Assembly: GCF_004010195.1 (NCBI RefSeq)
Contig: NC_057719.1
Location: 89,465,403-89,529,402 of the forward strand
Length of the DNA: 64,000 bases
From: Chiloscyllium plagiosum
Taxonomy: Eukaryota
Reading direction: 5' to 3'
Position numbers and translations under genes: made by a program. Under the pieces are notes generated by a model. The model was not told the DNA's origin, ran no database searches, and saw nothing but the letters and a program-made list of their open reading frames with translations. Below are positions 59,698 to 64,000 of the stretch, in pieces (position 1 is the first letter of the stretch; every line of letters starts with the position of its first letter).

Positions 59698-60789
59698 CAC
59701 TTTCTCGACCCCTCAGCATCTCTGCATTTATGACATCCCATTTTAAAAAAAATCCCAAGACTAAAATAACCTTGTTAAAGTGACAGCATTGTCACAGTTG
59801 TGTTCGTCCTTTTTTATTTGATTCATTTGGGGAATTGACCTAATTGCAGTTGAGAAGATAATGGTGAGTCGCTTTCTTAAGTCTTTGTGGTCTATATTTG
59901 GTGTCGGAATGCTGTCTCATGTTGGAGGTTACCCCACGACTGTGAACGAATAGGGATATGTTTCCAAGTCAGGATGATTAGTGGCTTGGAGGGAAACTTG
60001 CTGATGGTTGTGTTCCCATGTATCTGTTGCATTAGATTTTGGGATTTGTGACCGTAGTTACTTAATTGTTGATCCTTTGCAGAGTACTTTCAGATCTTTT
60101 ATTAAGTTTGTTATAAGTAGCAACACTTTGGATTAATTAATTAGATTTTAAAAAGTATACAACCCATGACAATTCAGCATGGTTCACTCATACCTGGGGA
60201 CAAACGGGCATTTAGCTCATTACAACTGTTGAGTCAGCGTTCTGCTCTCCAGCTGAAGTGTTGGGGAATCTTCCCTGAGGCTTCCCTCATTTTCTTCCAG
60301 TCCATCTTACATCTGAAGAAGGCAGTTCCCTGATGAGCAACTGCCCTCTGATTCTGAGAACTTGTTGGCTTTAATGTTCAATGTACTTTTTTTTCAGAGT
60401 TGGTACTTGATGCTGTGTCAAACACCAACTGGAATCCTTTCAGCCAAACACCATGGACGACTGTTCATGATGTCAGAATGATTATTGTTTCCTTATCTGA
60501 AGATTAGTTGTCATTTTTCTAAGACCAATACTTCCTGTTTTTCCAAACGCTGCATTGACAATAGATTATATTTTAGTACAGATAAATCATCAGTTAAATG
60601 GAACATTATGACCATGGTGATTCTGGCAATTCTTGTGACCTTTCTGGTACTGTCTTAGTTTTCCAGATTTCTAGTAAAAGAAAACAAACAACTGCGCTAA
60701 GAAACATTAAATGAGACCTCATCCTATACAAGAACATACAGTTTTAAAGGAACCCCAGCTTTGAACAGCTGCCAATGTCCTCCTTGATA

Positions 60790-61720
60790 GTTGTAGCTGT
60801 TGGTTTGAATAGTGCAATGCATTTTGTTAATGGCACACAGTGCTGCTACTGAGCATTGGTGCTGGAGGATGTCTATGTTTTTGGATGTTGTGCCAGTCAA
60901 GTGGGTTGTTTTTTCCTGGATGGAGTCAAGCTTCTTGAGTGTTGTTGGAACTGTGCTCATGCAGGCAGGTGGGGAGTATTCCATCACACTCTTCACTTGT
61001 GCCTTGCTGGTCAGGGACACACTGGGGAGTTTTCTACTGCAGGACTGATGAAGGGTCCTGCTCGAAACATCTACTCTCCTGCTCCTCGGATGCTGCCTGT
61101 GCCTATTCTAACGACAGACCTTATCGACTCTGACTTTCCAGCATCTGCAATCCTCACCATCTCCCAGTACAGTTTCCGGTCAATGATTGCCCCCAGGAAC
61201 AAGTTAATAAGGGGGACTCCATGAAAAAGCCATTGAATGTCAAGAGACAAAAGTTAAATTCTGTCTGATGGGAGGTGGTCATTCTTTGGCACTTGTGTGG
61301 CATGCATGTTATTGCCACTTGTCAGCCCAAGCCTGGATATGCTACATCTTGCCATGGACTTGTATTTAGGAAGCCATCAGTGATGCTGAATGTTGTGTAA
61401 TCATGAGCAAACATACCCACTTCTGACCTTAGAATTGTGGGAAATTCATAGATGAAGCAGCTGAAGATAGTTAGACCTCAGACAATGTGCTGAGGAACTC
61501 CTGAAGAGATGTCCTCCAACAACTACAGCCATCATCCTTATACCAGGTATGACTCCAGCAGAGTGTTTTCTCTTTGATTCCCATTTAGTTCTATGAGGGC
61601 TCTGTGATGCCACATCCAATCAAATGCTGCCCTGGTGTCAAGGGTGCACACTGTCACCTCACCTCTGGAATTGATGTTTGGACCACTGTAAATTAAGTTA
61701 GGAACTGAGTGGATCTGTGG
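60790..61720 (-). mobile_element. Older CR1/L2-clade LINE of a different family (related pieces at about 22700-23040 +, 26870-27440 -, 55390-55950 -, 59830-60030 -)
   Basis: KAQVKSVMEYSP..TLKKLDSIQ RT C-terminal motif; shared 3' sequence among the listed pieces. Confidence 0.65.
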
Positions 61721-62135
61721 AATCTAAACCAAGAAACAAAGAACAGATTAATAAGACTGCAAGCAGAAGTAAGCCATTTGTCCCATTGCATCAGGTCTGC
61801 TACTTAATTAAATCATAGCTGATCTGAGAATCCTCAACAGTTTCCTGCCTTATCCCTATAACCTTTTATTCCCTTAGCGATTAAAAAGATCCAGTCACAA
61901 ATTTCACAGATTTACTATCTTTTAGAGAAAAAAAATCCACCTTATGTGTCTTAAGTGGGTGACTCCTTATTCTGAGATTATGCCTTTTGGTCTGAGATGA
62001 GGGGAACAAAATTGTTCACTGTTCCAAATGTAATCTGTCTAATGTCTTGCTAGTTACAGCAAGATTTCCCTACTTCTATACACCATTCCCTTTGAAAAAA
62101 GGACAGCCTATTACCTGTTGTCAGCTAACATGTGT

Positions 62136-62448
62136 GGGCGGCACGGTGGCAAAGTGGTTAGCACTGTTGCCTCACAGCGCCAGAGACCCGGGTTCAATTC
62201 CCGCCTCAGGAGACTGACTGTGTGGAGTTTGTACGTTCTCCCCGTGTCTGCGTGGGTTTCCTCCGGGTGCTCCGGTTTCCTCCCACAGTCCAAAGATGTG
62301 CAGGTCAGGTGAATTGGCCATGCTAAATTGTCCATAGTGTTAGGTATAGGGGTAAATGTAGGGGTATGGGTGGGTTGCGCTTCGGCGGGTCGGTGTGGAC
62401 TTGTTGGGCCGAAGGGCCTGTTTCCATACTGTAATCTAATCTAATCTA
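62136..62448 (+). mobile_element. HE1-type SINE, full length
   Basis: Same head, core and (TAATC)n tail as 6467. Confidence 0.9.
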
Positions 62449-62708
62449 AACATTTTGTGATTGAGGGAAACAAGAACCATGAATCTTTCTCAAACGAAAA
62501 CAGAAATTGCTGGAAATGCTCAGCAGGTTTAACAGCATCTATAGAGAGAAGACTTGTTGGGCCGAAGGGCCTGTTTCCATACTGTAATGTAATCTAATCT
62601 AATCTAAACATTTTGTGATTGAGGGAAACAAGAACCGTGAATCTTTCTCAAACGAAAACAGAAATTGCTGGAAATGCTCAGCAGGTTTAACAGCATCTAT
62701 AGAGAGAA
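62398..62708. repeat. Tandem duplication of about 155 bp (SINE tail, flank and PLE arm)
   Basis: 62398-62550 and 62551-62708 differ by one 5-nt tail unit and one substitution. Confidence 0.88.
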
Positions 62709-63050
62709 AGCAGAGTCAAGGCCAAGTAACCCTCCTTCAGAACTTATTGTAGCTGGGAAAAGTTGGTATTGATGTCGAAGACAGGGGATAGAGGGGAAAC
62801 AGGGAGGGGATAGGTGAAGGTGGAGCCTGGAGAGAGACAGACAGACAGAAGGTAAATTACAGATGCTGTAAATCAGAAACGACAACAGCAATTGCTGGAA
62901 AAGCTCAGCAGGTGAGGCAGCATCTGTGGAGAGAAATCAGTTAACTGGGTTCTAATGAAGGGTCACTCGACCCGAAACGTTACCTCCGATTTCTGTCCAC
63001 AGATGCTGCCAGACCTTCTGAGCTTTTCCAGCAATTTATCTTTTTGATTG
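62650..63050. mobile_element. Cluster of PLE-tail fragments (third family) with degenerate hammerheads
   Basis: GAAATTGCTGGAAA..GCTCAGCAGG arms. CTAATGA-A-GGGTC(ACTC)GACCC-GAAACGTT at 62952-62981 has a core G>A change. A related element lies at about 18045-18205. Confidence 0.65.
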
Positions 63051-63792
63051 TGAGAGAGAAGGTAAACTAGGCATACAAAGGAATGATCAGTCGTAAGCCA
63101 GAAAATGCGAAAAGCTGATAATGGGTTGGGGGGGAGGTGGAGGGGGGAGGCGGGGGAGGAGGAGGAGGAGGAGGAATGTATAGGGCAAATGGGTTAGATG
63201 TTTTGAAAGCAGCCCAAGAAATTCCAGGGTTTGGAGCGTAGGTATGGGTAAAGGACAAGGAGCTATCTGTCTTCTATTAGTTAGCTAATCTATTATCCGC
63301 ACTAATATACTATCCCAACACCTTATGCGCGGGACCTGATATTACAGCCACTGCTTCCCCTTTTATCAATTCTGCTTGTTATCACCTCAAAACATTCTTT
63401 GTCAGGTATGTTTTGCTGTTCATAAAGCCATGTTGACTTTACTTGCCTTTAATGTTTTTCTAAATGGTCTGCAATTGCATTCTTTATAATAAACTGTTAG
63501 TAAGTAACTGCCATTCGATTGTGTTACAAAGTCAAAAGAATGTATGGTCACTTTTAAGACAGAAAGTGCTTTTCTGAGTTTAAGGTCGAGCAAAAGCTGC
63601 CAGTGTACAGAACAGCTAAGAGACAGGCTGTTCCAAAATAGATACATGTAACAATTGGCTGTTAAATGGAAACCTGAGGTCTTGGTTGCTTTTTTGACGA
63701 CAATTCGGATCTAACCAATTGATTTAAAACAAACACTCAGCCTTTCAAAGCCAGTGGAATTTAAAATCTGATGATGTTGACAGTCTGAAACC

Positions 63793-63882
63793 CTTCCTGA
63801 AGAAGGGCATGTGCCCGAAACGTCGAATCTTCTGTTCCCTAGATGCTGCCTGACCTGCTGTGCTGTTCCAGCAATAAAGTTT
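63793..63882 (+). mobile_element. 90-bp hammerhead-bearing PLE-tail insertion
   Basis: 12-bp TSD CAGTCTGAAACC at 63781-63792 and 63883-63894. Confidence 0.85.
63794..63827 (+). ncRNA. Minimal type I hammerhead ribozyme motif, intact, identical to the 9904 copy
   Basis: TTC-CTGAAGA-A-GGGC(ATGT)GCCC-GAAA-CGTC-GAA. Confidence 0.83.
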
Positions 63883-64000
63883 CAGTCTGAAACCAATCAA
63901 GCCATATTTTTACCCAGATAACAGTTTAAATTCAGCTAATTAATTTAAAAAGGCATTTGGAGACTAAGGACCAATTAAATTAAACAGTGGAGGGACTTGT

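Larger units (their letters stand above)
56002..59796. mobile_element. Probable solo LTR split by two CR1 insertions (LTR parts about 56002-56203, 56400-56451, 59326-59796)
   Basis: TGTTATGG..TTGTCACA ends and TTTATT (antisense polyA signal) near the left end; no clear TSD. Confidence 0.4.

Noticed and set aside
63121..63180. G-rich/(GGA)n tract as a polyproline gene or functional G-quadruplex
   Set aside because: Low-complexity tract resembling the reverse complement of PLE pyrimidine-rich tails; no independent support.
44806..64000. Further ZFYVE1 exons, including the FYVE domains
   Set aside because: I found no segment encoding the expected continuation (ACYE..) with splice sites; it is presumably beyond the window, though a short exon could be missed by eye.

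Overview
Repeat-dense eukaryotic genomic DNA from a cartilaginous fish. The shark assignment is inferred from HE1/V-SINE-type SINEs and CR1-type LINEs; the species cannot be fixed from sequence alone. The only host gene I can support is ZFYVE1 (DFCP1) on the + strand. Five coding exons splice in frame via GT-AG introns into 472 codons: 8606-9085, 21435-21939, 34013-34227, 37855-37961 and 44697-44805. They cover the N-terminal Cys/His zinc-binding region and the P-loop NTPase domain (GNTGDGKS, DTEG). The FYVE-encoding exons are not in the window. Nearly all other ORF-track entries are decayed CR1-clade LINEs (esterase-type ORF1, APE-RT ORF2), tRNA-derived SINEs, Penelope-like element (PLE) fragments (RT plus GIY-YIG), or probable solo LTRs. 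The strongest unannotated signal is a set of minimal type I hammerhead ribozyme motifs (CUGAnGA, extra nt, stem II, GAAA, palindromic ACGU/AGCU, NUH). They occur in several PLE-tail families with compensatory stem changes and are carried by 90-430 bp, often palindromic, TSD-flanked mini-insertions. Four intact copies lie in sense orientation inside ZFYVE1 introns. PLE-linked hammerheads are a known class; their activity and effect at this locus are untested inferences. Repeat boundaries are read by eye and approximate unless a TSD is quoted.
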